Source: an uncultured Alphaproteobacteria bacterium (GTDB lineage Bacteria > Pseudomonadota > Alphaproteobacteria > CAAHEQ01 > UBA3637). From it: a stretch of DNA of 64,000 nt. A model generated the notes under the pieces. It was given only the letters and a program-made list of their open reading frames with translations. It made no database searches and had not been told where the DNA came from. Location: the NCBI GenBank assembly GCA_944392785.1, contig CALXXW010000013.1, positions 182,201-246,200 on the forward strand, in the 5' to 3' direction. Of the stretch, positions 21,737-30,536 are shown piece by piece. The position numbers were made by a program, and so were the translations under genes. Every line of letters starts with the position of its first letter. Within the stretch, counting starts at the first letter, position 1.

Positions 21737-22534
21737 ATGACGATAAAGTCTTTTTTAAAAACCATTGTACCCGTCGGTGTTATGACAGGCTCTGTTTTTC
21801 TGAGTGGTTGTCATCGGGGAGATAAGTCTTACTCGGATGTTGTCAAACCCTCTCAGAAAGCACCATCGACTTTACTTGCCGTTAATACCCAGGCAGAAAT
21901 AGAGGTGGCACGTACCGAGGCTATCTATAAAGCCATCCAAAAGATTGAGGGCGCATTCATTTCTTATTTACCCTTTCCATCGGCAGACGGAAAAATTCGT
22001 GTCGGTTTTGGTGTCCCTATTTCAGAGGAAGCTTTTTTAAAAACACAATTCTATCAACAAACAAAGAAGGGCGCGCTCCCCTATCCTCTGGCAGACAATC
22101 CCATTTTGCTCAATCAATTAAAAACAAAGGGGCAAACGGGAAAAATCCGTTTGCGTGATAAGGAAATTCGCCAACTGACAAAAGCATGGATATCTGAAAC
22201 TTACCCTCAAATCAAACAGACGCTCCCTTGCCTTGATCAACTGCCGATTTCAACGCTTGCCGCAATTATGTTGCTGGAGATGAACAGTGATTCTATACAC
22301 ATACCTGCCTCACCTTTGAGGGACTTGGCGCAAGGGGGGGTGGATTTAGAGAAAAAACTAGAAGTTTTTTTACCGGCTCAACTCTCTCCCAACGACGATG
22401 TGATTCCTCTTCCCTCTTCAAGTCGCTCTCCGAAAGTCTTCGAAAAAGCGCTTGTCACTATTTTGCGGCACAATAAAATACCGCATGTACCCCCTCAATA
22501 CATTCCCAGGCAAGTCCCGGACAATCAACGTTAA
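21737..22534 (+). CDS. lipoprotein with phage-lysozyme (GH24)-like N-terminal motif, paralog 1
   Basis: Signal peptide with lipobox LSGC. EG-x4-Y-x5-DGKIRVGFG and AAIMLLEM resemble T4 lysozyme EG...Y.D.EG..TIGIG and ALINMVFQMG. Confidence 0.5.
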   Translation: MTIKSFLKTIVPVGVMTGSVFLSGCHRGDKSYSDVVKPSQKAPSTLLAVNTQAEIEVARTEAIYKAIQKIEGAFISYLPFPSADGKIRVGFGVPISEEAFLKTQFYQQTKKGALPYPLADNPILLNQLKTKGQTGKIRLRDKEIRQLTKAWISETYPQIKQTLPCLDQLPISTLAAIMLLEMNSDSIHIPASPLRDLAQGGVDLEKKLEVFLPAQLSPNDDVIPLPSSSRSPKVFEKALVTILRHNKIPHVPPQYIPRQVPDNQR

Positions 22535-22546
22535 GGAGGCGAATTT

Positions 22547-23314
22547 ATGTCATTAAAATCTAAAATCAAAACATTTTTACCTATCGGTTTATTGGCTGCA
22601 ACAACGGCCTGGACGGCACAAAACTATCTTCAGACAGACTCTGCTTCACAGAACGAGTCCATAACGGCCCATCAATACCCTCCTGTCATTGAAACGCTTT
22701 ACCAAGAAATCTGTCAAATGCCCGAGGCCTTTATATCAACACATCCTTATGTAGACAGAAACAATGTGTTGCGTGTTGGATTTGGAACTCCCCTGGAAGA
22801 AGAGGAAATCAACGTGACTCATTTTTACCACGAGACTCCCCAAGGCGTACGCCCCTACCCTCAAAAAGAAAATTGGCAACTTGTCGACCATTTATATAAA
22901 AATGGGCAATCGGCCGATATTTTCATTCCCCGAGAGGAAATTGAACTTCTGACCAAACGTTGGCTGCATAAAAACTATGAAAAGCTTCAAAAGATATTAC
23001 CTGAAATAGGACAATTTTCACCGTCTAAACAAGCGGCACTGATGTTGTTGGAGATGACAGAACAATCCATCACGCGCGATGGCACTTTTATCGGCCTTTT
23101 TAAAAAAGCTCTTAAAACGGATCATTACATGGGGTTAGTAGCTTACATACATTTGTCACCTCGCATACATATGGTGCAGGGAAAGGAACAACTGTTGGTC
23201 TCGTCAAAAACCGACTCGTTGGAAACGGCTTTAATTATGCGTCTGACACAGCCGAATCAAGCGCATGCAGCTTTGACAAATCAACTGGCAATCAAGCAAC
23301 AAAACTCTCGATAG
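22547..23314 (+). CDS. secreted protein with phage-lysozyme (GH24)-like motif, paralog 2
   Basis: Tandem paralog sharing the EAFIS...RVGFG.P.EE...FY..T..G..PYP and AALMLLEM blocks with the upstream gene. Confidence 0.5.
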   Translation: MSLKSKIKTFLPIGLLAATTAWTAQNYLQTDSASQNESITAHQYPPVIETLYQEICQMPEAFISTHPYVDRNNVLRVGFGTPLEEEEINVTHFYHETPQGVRPYPQKENWQLVDHLYKNGQSADIFIPREEIELLTKRWLHKNYEKLQKILPEIGQFSPSKQAALMLLEMTEQSITRDGTFIGLFKKALKTDHYMGLVAYIHLSPRIHMVQGKEQLLVSSKTDSLETALIMRLTQPNQAHAALTNQLAIKQQNSR

Positions 23315-23550
23315 CCCGGGTGGAGACGATACATCTCTTGTAGGCATTCAATAAGACTCTAAATCCGGCCTTATATGTTAAGGCGTTCGACTCGCCTATA
23401 TCGAATATAGGGATGACTCAAAAATGAGAGCTTCTTTTAAAAGAGAGTATAAACAAGGCACTTCCTCTTAAGAAGAGCAGACGCATGATAAGATTTTATA
23501 TAAAAATAGCATATAAAAAGACGAAGCACAAAAAGGCTTCGCCTCTATCT

Positions 23551-23627
23551 TGGTGGGTGTGGCAAGACTCGAACTTGCGACCTTTACGATGTCAACGTAA
23601 CGCTCTAACCACCTGAGCTACACACCC
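23551..23627 (-). tRNA. tRNA-Val (anticodon GAC)
   Basis: Minus-strand cloverleaf with acceptor GGGTGTG/CACACCC, anticodon loop TTGACAT and encoded CCA. A hairpin terminator lies downstream at 23523..23545. Confidence 0.85.
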
Positions 23628-23753
23628 TTATCATGGATAAGTGTTTTTCTTGTACACGATTTTTAAAAAAAATGCAAGTCTTTTTTCAAAAAAAAATAAA
23701 AAAACAGCTTTTAGAGGAAAATACCCAACTGATAGCTTAGCTCTTGCCCTCCC

Positions 23754-24971
23754 TTATTGATAACGCAAAGCTTCAATAGGATCCAACTTCATGGCCTTGA
23801 CCGCCGGCATAAGCCCCGACGCAACACCGACAATAACAGCTACTGAAATTGAAATGACAACGGACCAAATAGAAATCGGAACCTCCTTTTCGAAAAAGAC
23901 ACCCGCGATTTGAGACAACACAACACCCAGAATCATTCCGACAAAACTTCCCATAAAAGAAATAATAACCGACTCGGTCAAAAATTGCGCCATAATCCAA
24001 CGATTCGGAGCCCCCAAGGCTTTACGTGTACCAATTTCACGCGTTCTCTCTGTCACGGAAACAAGCATCATATTCATAATTCCAATACTGCCCACGATTA
24101 GAGAAATCGATGCAATCGCCGCCAACAGCAAGGATAAAATCAACCCAATACTGCGCACTTTTTCCACCATATCCGTCATCAACCTTACCGTAAAATCATT
24201 ATCCGTTCCTTCTTTTAAACGGTGTCTGGCTCTTAATTGATACTCAATCCGGCGTGCAACAGACTCCATCCGATCCTCAGATGACACCTTGACAAATGCA
24301 ACATCTGTATAGTTGGGACGCGGAGAACCACGTAATCGTTGACGTAATGTTGTGACGGGCATCATAATAATGTTATCTTGATCATCTCCCATCATCCCAT
24401 CGCCTTTTTCTTTCAACACACCAATCACTCGAAAAGGTTGCCCTTTCAAGCGTAATGTTTTACCAATCGGATCTTGCAGTCCGAATAATTCGTTCACAAT
24501 GGTTTGACCAATTAAAACATAAGGACGTCCGGAACGCTGATCTTTATCTGTCCATACGCTTCCGGATTCAAGCTCCCAGTTCCCGACCTCTAAGTAATCC
24601 GGATTTGTTCCCAACACGCTGACGCCATAATTATTTGAACCATAAACAGCCTGAACCGCTGCATTCACAATATAAGAAGCCGTATCAACATCTTTTAACT
24701 TTTTCAACGAGGTCACATCATCAAACGTGACACTGGGACGTCCACGCCCTCCACGAACACCACCGCTCACCGTTTCAGCCGGTCCGATGATAATTAAATT
24801 CGTTCCCATGGAATCAAAAGTTCGTGTAATTTCATTTTGAACCGTTTGACCGGCCGCCACCATCATCACAACAGCAGCTACACCGATCATAATCCCAAGC
24901 ATTGTCAAAAATGTTCGAAGCTTATAAGCTGAAATAGAAATCCATGCTTCTCGCAAAATTTGATAAATCAT
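23754..24971 (-). CDS. ABC transporter permease, FtsX/MacB family
   Basis: 405 aa with an N-terminal TM helix, a large periplasmic MacB-PCD-like domain and a C-terminal FtsX 3-TM bundle. Confidence 0.85.
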   Translation of the reverse strand: MIYQILREAWISISAYKLRTFLTMLGIMIGVAAVVMMVAAGQTVQNEITRTFDSMGTNLIIIGPAETVSGGVRGGRGRPSVTFDDVTSLKKLKDVDTASYIVNAAVQAVYGSNNYGVSVLGTNPDYLEVGNWELESGSVWTDKDQRSGRPYVLIGQTIVNELFGLQDPIGKTLRLKGQPFRVIGVLKEKGDGMMGDDQDNIIMMPVTTLRQRLRGSPRPNYTDVAFVKVSSEDRMESVARRIEYQLRARHRLKEGTDNDFTVRLMTDMVEKVRSIGLILSLLLAAIASISLIVGSIGIMNMMLVSVTERTREIGTRKALGAPNRWIMAQFLTESVIISFMGSFVGMILGVVLSQIAGVFFEKEVPISIWSVVISISVAVIVGVASGLMPAVKAMKLDPIEALRYQ

Positions 24972-25717
24972 GCCAGAATCTCCTTATTATAATCAGCGCG
25001 TAAACCATCGTACTCTTTACATCCGTCATTAATTTTAATCATCCGTTTGGCATAGTCCGCCACATCATCCTCATGCGTCACTAACACGATTGTAATGCCT
25101 TGAGCATTTAAACGCGTAAAAAGCTCCATGATTTCATCTGATGTTTTAGAATCCAAATTCCCTGTCGGTTCATCTGCAAAAATAATGGCCGGATTGTTAA
25201 TCAAAGCCCGCGCAATGGCAACACGTTGTTGCATTCCGCCGGAGATTTGAGTCGGTAGACGATTTTCATACCCCTTCAATCCTACCACCTGCAGCATTTG
25301 AACAGCACGCTCATAGCGTTCCGTTTCTCCCACACCCTGATAAATTAAAGGCAATGAAACATTATCTGCTATGGTTCTTTTCATCAATAAATTGAAGTTT
25401 TGAAAGACAAATCCTATTTCCTGTCCTCGAATTTGTGCCAATTCTTCATCTGTTTTATCCGCAATGGACTTCCCCGATAAAATATACATACCCGAGGTCG
25501 GACGGTCCAAGCACCCCAAGATATTCATTAACGTCGATTTTCCGGAGCCGGAATGCCCCATAATGGACACGAACTCGCCCGAAAAAATTTGAAACGAAAT
25601 GTGTTTCAAAACAGATTGACTGGCCCCCCCCATCATGTAATAAGTCTTTGAAAGGTCCTTCACTTCAATAACAGGAGTACGATCAGATTTTTTTTGTGTC
25701 GTTAACTTCGCCATCAT
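24968..25717 (-). CDS. ABC transporter ATP-binding protein (MacB/LolD-type)
   Basis: Walker [10 protein letters not shown], signature SGGMQQR and Walker B IIFADEP. Confidence 0.9.
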   Translation of the reverse strand: MMAKLTTQKKSDRTPVIEVKDLSKTYYMMGGASQSVLKHISFQIFSGEFVSIMGHSGSGKSTLMNILGCLDRPTSGMYILSGKSIADKTDEELAQIRGQEIGFVFQNFNLLMKRTIADNVSLPLIYQGVGETERYERAVQMLQVVGLKGYENRLPTQISGGMQQRVAIARALINNPAIIFADEPTGNLDSKTSDEIMELFTRLNAQGITIVLVTHEDDVADYAKRMIKINDGCKEYDGLRADYNKEILA

Positions 25718-26841
25718 TTGGAACGTTTACGCCCCCCAATCGCCTCTAAAATGACTTCATCATTTTCGTTCAAGCCCTCTTGAATTTCAACCGAGGTCAA
25801 ATCAGCCAAGCCTTTCTTAACAACACGCGGAACAATACGACCGTTTTCAAACAGATATACAACATCTTCATTCTTTTCGGGATCAGCCGAGACACGCTCA
25901 TGAATAGTCGCCCGAACAACAGCCGAAGGCTTATATTGAAACGCCATCGTCGGCAATGTCAACACATCTTTAGCCTCTGCCACTCGCACCGTCACGGAGG
26001 CCGTCATACCGGGAAGTAATTTACGACTGGAATTATCCACTTCAATAACAACCGTATACATAACAACATTCGACTCCTCTGTCGGCGATAACCGCACCTG
26101 GCGAACGATTCCCGGAAAACGATCGTTGGGATACGCATCTACAGTAAATGTGACTGGCATTTGTGTTGTAATGGCTCCGATATCCGCCTCGGCTACACTG
26201 GCTTCTATTTGCATCTTAGACAAATCTTCGGCTAAAGTAAAAAGTGTCGGCGTAGATAAACTGGCGGCTACGGTTTGCCCTTCTTCTACCTCTTTCGAAA
26301 TAATGGTACCGGAAACCGGTGAAGTAATGCTGGCATATCCGAAATTACGCTCGGCTTTATTATATTCGGCCTGAGATGTCAACACATCGGCCTTGGCTTC
26401 TTCCAAAGCAATTTCAGCTTCTTCCAAAGAGGCTTTTGCCACCAGCTTGTCCTTAAATAACTTTTCGATCCGTGAATAATTCAAACGCGCGATTCGTTCT
26501 TTGGCCTTAGCAAGCTCTAACCGAGCTGCCGCATCATTCTTATTTTCGACCAACACAGCCGTATCCAGCATAGCCAACAACTGTCCTTCTTTGACTTCAT
26601 CATTATAGTCGACCAAAACTTGCTCAATAATACCGGAAACTTGCGTTCCTACCGTGATCGTATTAATCGGTTGTATCTTACCCGAAGCCGTAATTTCGTA
26701 AACAACATCTCCTCTTTCAACGGCAACCATTTCAAAGTCTTCGGGTGTCAACCCCTGTTTCTTGCGCTGCATGGACACAACACCGGCTCCAATCACAACA
26801 ATCAATACAGCCATTAAAAACAACTTCATCTTTTTTTTCAT
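25714..26841 (-). CDS. efflux periplasmic adaptor (HlyD/MacA family membrane fusion protein)
   Basis: 375 aa with an N-terminal anchor, a coiled-coil hairpin and lipoyl/beta-barrel segments typical of membrane fusion proteins. Confidence 0.85.
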   Translation of the reverse strand: MKKKMKLFLMAVLIVVIGAGVVSMQRKKQGLTPEDFEMVAVERGDVVYEITASGKIQPINTITVGTQVSGIIEQVLVDYNDEVKEGQLLAMLDTAVLVENKNDAAARLELAKAKERIARLNYSRIEKLFKDKLVAKASLEEAEIALEEAKADVLTSQAEYNKAERNFGYASITSPVSGTIISKEVEEGQTVAASLSTPTLFTLAEDLSKMQIEASVAEADIGAITTQMPVTFTVDAYPNDRFPGIVRQVRLSPTEESNVVMYTVVIEVDNSSRKLLPGMTASVTVRVAEAKDVLTLPTMAFQYKPSAVVRATIHERVSADPEKNEDVVYLFENGRIVPRVVKKGLADLTSVEIQEGLNENDEVILEAIGGRKRSK

Positions 26842-26842
26842 A

Positions 26843-28201
26843 TTAAAATCTCCCTATAGCACGATATAATGTCGATTTACTGGTCAACACGCCATAAAAT
26901 GCCACAATCACATCCGTACGCGCCGTCGCCAGCTGAGACCCTGCCGTTAATAAATTTAAAATACTTTCCTGTCCAATCTGATATGAAGCAAAGGCTACAC
27001 GCTCATTTTCAACGGCACTTTCTAAGGCCTTTTGTGTAATGGCATACGAAGAAATAGCCGTCTGATAGTTTTGATAAGCCGACCAAACTTGATTGCGAAT
27101 ATCATCCGCCGTCGCAGCTAAATCTAACGCCGCTTGATTATACCGAAAGCGAGCGGCAGAAACATTATATGTATTCGAAAAACCCATAAAAATAGGTATG
27201 GATAAAGACACCCCTATGGATGAGCTGAGCTGATAATTTGTCCGATGTTTCCACGCATCATCATATCCGGCACGTGCCGTGGCAGAGACAGAGGGCAACC
27301 CCTCGGAACGTGCAATGTCAATAGCTTTTTCAGCCGCCAACAACGTACTCCGTTTACTTTGCATTTCAGGGCGCGCGGTCAAAGCTACCTCCATCATTTC
27401 AGACACCGTCATATCCGTCTCCAACTGCGTAATATCGCGATCTTTCGGCGGAGGAGCCAATGTAAACGGCGTATCCGGCGGTAAATTCAATAACACAGCC
27501 AAAACACCCGCATTTTGCTTCACGGCATTTTCAGCTTGAACGACTGTCAAACGAGACTGTTCATAGGTTGTTTTAGCCAACAACTGATCGCTGGCCGAAA
27601 CAAGCCCTAATTCGAAACGTCGAACAGACTCTTCATAAGACTTTTTAAATGAAGCCTCACTGGTACGCGCGCTTTTTAAAACTTCCTCAGCACTCAACAA
27701 ATCAAAATAGGCCGTCGTAATTGACAACACCGTATCTCGCAAGGTCGCATTGTAGGTGAACTGAGCCGCATCCAGATAAGCTTTCATCTGATCAACTTGA
27801 GCGGAACGCCCACCGAAGTCATACATCAACCAAGACAAAGCCACATTTGCCTCATAAGGCTCCTCCTGGCGTCCATGTTCACCCTGCTCCCGTTGATGAG
27901 AGGCATTTAATCCGGCCGATGCCGTGATGTCCGGAAGATATGATGACCGAGAAGCGCCATAAGAAGCCTCAGACTCCTTCACGGACATGTAGCTACGGCT
28001 CAAAGTGGGATTATTGCAAATACCGATTTGTATCAGTTGGATCAAATCGATCGCTTCTTCTCCGATTTTTGCATCCAAACAATCGGTCGGGGCCTTTGCT
28101 CGATAAACAGAAAAAGGATCCAATGCCAAAGCCGGCACAGCCACAAGTGCCAGCATACACCCCACAAACATTGCCCTATACTTAACAAGTTGTTGTTTCA
28201 T
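26843..28201 (-). CDS. TolC-family outer membrane efflux protein
   Basis: 452 aa with a signal peptide and two repeated OEP halves. First gene of the OMP-MFP-ATPase-permease operon. Confidence 0.8.
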   Translation of the reverse strand: MKQQLVKYRAMFVGCMLALVAVPALALDPFSVYRAKAPTDCLDAKIGEEAIDLIQLIQIGICNNPTLSRSYMSVKESEASYGASRSSYLPDITASAGLNASHQREQGEHGRQEEPYEANVALSWLMYDFGGRSAQVDQMKAYLDAAQFTYNATLRDTVLSITTAYFDLLSAEEVLKSARTSEASFKKSYEESVRRFELGLVSASDQLLAKTTYEQSRLTVVQAENAVKQNAGVLAVLLNLPPDTPFTLAPPPKDRDITQLETDMTVSEMMEVALTARPEMQSKRSTLLAAEKAIDIARSEGLPSVSATARAGYDDAWKHRTNYQLSSSIGVSLSIPIFMGFSNTYNVSAARFRYNQAALDLAATADDIRNQVWSAYQNYQTAISSYAITQKALESAVENERVAFASYQIGQESILNLLTAGSQLATARTDVIVAFYGVLTSKSTLYRAIGRF

Positions 28202-28359
28202 CTGTCATCTCCTTACCCTGGAATACACTTAGCTTTAACACACTTATGGTCGGCTCGTCAAGAGAAGTTTTTAAAAACATCCCAAAAAGAAAAAAAATCT
28301 TGTCTTTCCCGTGAAACTCGGCTATAGTTTCAAACAGGACCTAAGGTAAGGAGAAACAG

Positions 28360-28746
28360 ATGGAAAAAATGATACATCAGTTAGAGCATCTTTTACAAGA
28401 GGCTCAAAATCCAAAGCTTTTGTGGGAAGAAATGCAGATCGTTTCCAAAAAAGCCTTTGATTTACAAGACAAAATAATGGCAGAATTAGAAAAGATTGAA
28501 AAAAATGAGCAAGATATTGAACGTGTCCAGGCTCTTTTTGATTTGCGTGAGAACGTTTGGGATATCATGACACAGATAGCGACGCGTGAATTGGCCGTTA
28601 AAGAAAAAACGCATCATCCCAAATCACCCTCTCGACACGAAGCAGGCTGTATGTGTCACGACCCAGAAAACTCAAAAAAAACAGAACACTCCGCTTGCTG
28701 TCACCATTGCCATGAAAAGGAAAAACCATCATGCCAAAAGAAATAA
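28360..28746 (+). CDS. small hypothetical protein with C-terminal Cys/His cluster
   Basis: 128 aa with a helical N-terminus. The C-terminus reads HEAGCMCHDPENSKKTEHSACCHHCHEKEKPSC. Overlaps the xseB start. Confidence 0.45.
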   Translation: MEKMIHQLEHLLQEAQNPKLLWEEMQIVSKKAFDLQDKIMAELEKIEKNEQDIERVQALFDLRENVWDIMTQIATRELAVKEKTHHPKSPSRHEAGCMCHDPENSKKTEHSACCHHCHEKEKPSCQKK

Positions 28747-28979
28747 ACCACATGTCCTTTGAGGAGGCCATGGCCGAATTGGAAACCATCGTACGCCAAT
28801 TAGAAAACGGTAAAGTGCGTTTGGATGATGCCGTTGCCGCCTATGAACGAGGCATACAACTGAAAAATTTTTGTGCTGAAAAATTAAATGATGCCAAATC
28901 GAAAATCGACAAGCTGATTATAGGAACAGATGGGACTCCCATTGGGATGGAGGCTTTTGATGACGAACTCAACAAATAG
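28731..28979 (+). CDS. xseB: exodeoxyribonuclease VII small subunit
   Basis: SFEEAMAELETIVRQLENGKVRLDDAVAAYERGIQL. The true start may be the Met 7 codons downstream. Confidence 0.85.
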   Translation: MPKEINHMSFEEAMAELETIVRQLENGKVRLDDAVAAYERGIQLKNFCAEKLNDAKSKIDKLIIGTDGTPIGMEAFDDELNK

Positions 28980-29865
28980 CCCCTCTTTCCAACAAGCTTT
29001 ACATCAGGCTCGTCTTGAAACAAACACACTGTTAGAGACTCTGCTTCCCCTACCGACAGGGTATGAGAAACGTGTGGTAGAAGCCATGCGCTATGCGGCT
29101 ATCGGAACGGGAAAAGCCCTCCGACCTTTTCTTGTCCTGACCATTGCACGGTTATGTCATCTATCCTCAATCACGGCCAGTCGTATCGCCGCCGCATTAG
29201 AGATGGTTCATACCTATTCTTTAATTCACGACGATTTACCAGCCATGGATAATGATACTATGCGACGAGGGAAACCGACGGTCCATATCGCCTTTGATGA
29301 AGCAACGGCCATTTTGGCGGGAGATGCTTTATTGACACAAGCTTTTGATATTCTGGCGGCACCCGAAACACATCCTCATGCCGAGATTCGTTGTCTACTG
29401 GTTCAAAATTTGGCTCAAACAGCCGGAAAAAATGGCATGATCGGTGGACAGATGTTGGATTTAATCGGTGAAAAAACAACATATTCGTTGACGGAAATAG
29501 AACGCATGCAAGCCTTAAAGACCGGGGCTTTACTATGGTATGCTTGTTTGGCTCCGGCAATGGCGGCAAAAGCTTCCAAAAGCACTCAAGCGGCTCTTGA
29601 ACAATACGCTCGTGCCATCGGACTGTTATTCCAGATTACCGATGATATTTTAGACATTGAAGGCTCGTCGAAAACAATGGGTAAAACTTTGGGTAAGGAT
29701 ATAACCGCCCATAAGTCGACTTTTGTCTCTCTGTTAGGCATGCCAGATGCAAAAAAATTGGCTTTAGAGCTAGAGCAACAAGCCTTAGACGCCCTTGAAC
29801 CTTTTGGCGAAGAGGCTAATCTTTTGCGTGAAACCGTCAGATATATCATGGAAAGGGATAAGTAG
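28960..29865 (+). CDS. ispA: farnesyl diphosphate synthase / geranyltranstransferase
   Basis: First and second Asp-rich motifs (LIHDDLPAMDNDTMRRG, FQITDDILD). The ATG overlaps the end of xseB; the track ORF begins earlier at 28930. Confidence 0.85.
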   Translation: MTNSTNSPSFQQALHQARLETNTLLETLLPLPTGYEKRVVEAMRYAAIGTGKALRPFLVLTIARLCHLSSITASRIAAALEMVHTYSLIHDDLPAMDNDTMRRGKPTVHIAFDEATAILAGDALLTQAFDILAAPETHPHAEIRCLLVQNLAQTAGKNGMIGGQMLDLIGEKTTYSLTEIERMQALKTGALLWYACLAPAMAAKASKSTQAALEQYARAIGLLFQITDDILDIEGSSKTMGKTLGKDITAHKSTFVSLLGMPDAKKLALELEQQALDALEPFGEEANLLRETVRYIMERDK

Positions 29866-30536
29866 TGTCAAAAAAGTTGATGTCCGTTTCGGAAAGAGAG
29901 GCCTTTTGGAAAGCTCTGGCCAAGGCTTACCCCGACCCACAGTGTGAGTTAATTTGGAAAACGCCTTTTGATTTGGTTATGGCTATCATCTTATCGGCAC
30001 AAAGTACGGATAAAAACGTTAACCGTGTCATGCAAAAATTAAGACCTGTCGCCTCAACGCCCGCTGAAATCGTCGCTTTGGGGGAAGAAGGCATCAAGGT
30101 TTTCACCAAACACATCAACTATTACAACAACAAAACCAAAGCTATTGTGGCTCTGGCTAAAACGCTGCTGGAAAACTATCACGGTGAAATGCCCCGAGAT
30201 TTTGACACACTAATCACCTTACCGGGAATTGGGCGAAAAACAGCAAATGTTTTTTTGAATGTTCTGGAAGGGGCTCCGACAATAGGCGTAGACACCCATG
30301 TGTTTCGGCTTTGTCATCGCTTAAAAATCTGCACAGGGAAAACGCCGGCACAAATTGAGGCCAAATTAAATCGTTTGGTTCCCGACGAAATAAAATCTTC
30401 GGTCTGTCTTGCTCTTGTTTTACACGGGCGCTATATTTGCACGGCACGCAAACCCTTGTGTGACAGGTGTCCGCTGTGGCATGTGTGTCAAGCCGATGAA
30501 AGGAAAGAAAAATGCGGCGTTGGTTCGGATTTATAG
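29865..30536 (+). CDS. nth: endonuclease III
   Basis: HhH-GPD motif (LPGIGRKTANV) and a C-terminal [4Fe-4S] cluster loop C-x6-C-x2-C-x5-C. GTG start with an AAGGGA RBS. Confidence 0.88.
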   Translation: MSKKLMSVSEREAFWKALAKAYPDPQCELIWKTPFDLVMAIILSAQSTDKNVNRVMQKLRPVASTPAEIVALGEEGIKVFTKHINYYNNKTKAIVALAKTLLENYHGEMPRDFDTLITLPGIGRKTANVFLNVLEGAPTIGVDTHVFRLCHRLKICTGKTPAQIEAKLNRLVPDEIKSSVCLALVLHGRYICTARKPLCDRCPLWHVCQADERKEKCGVGSDL

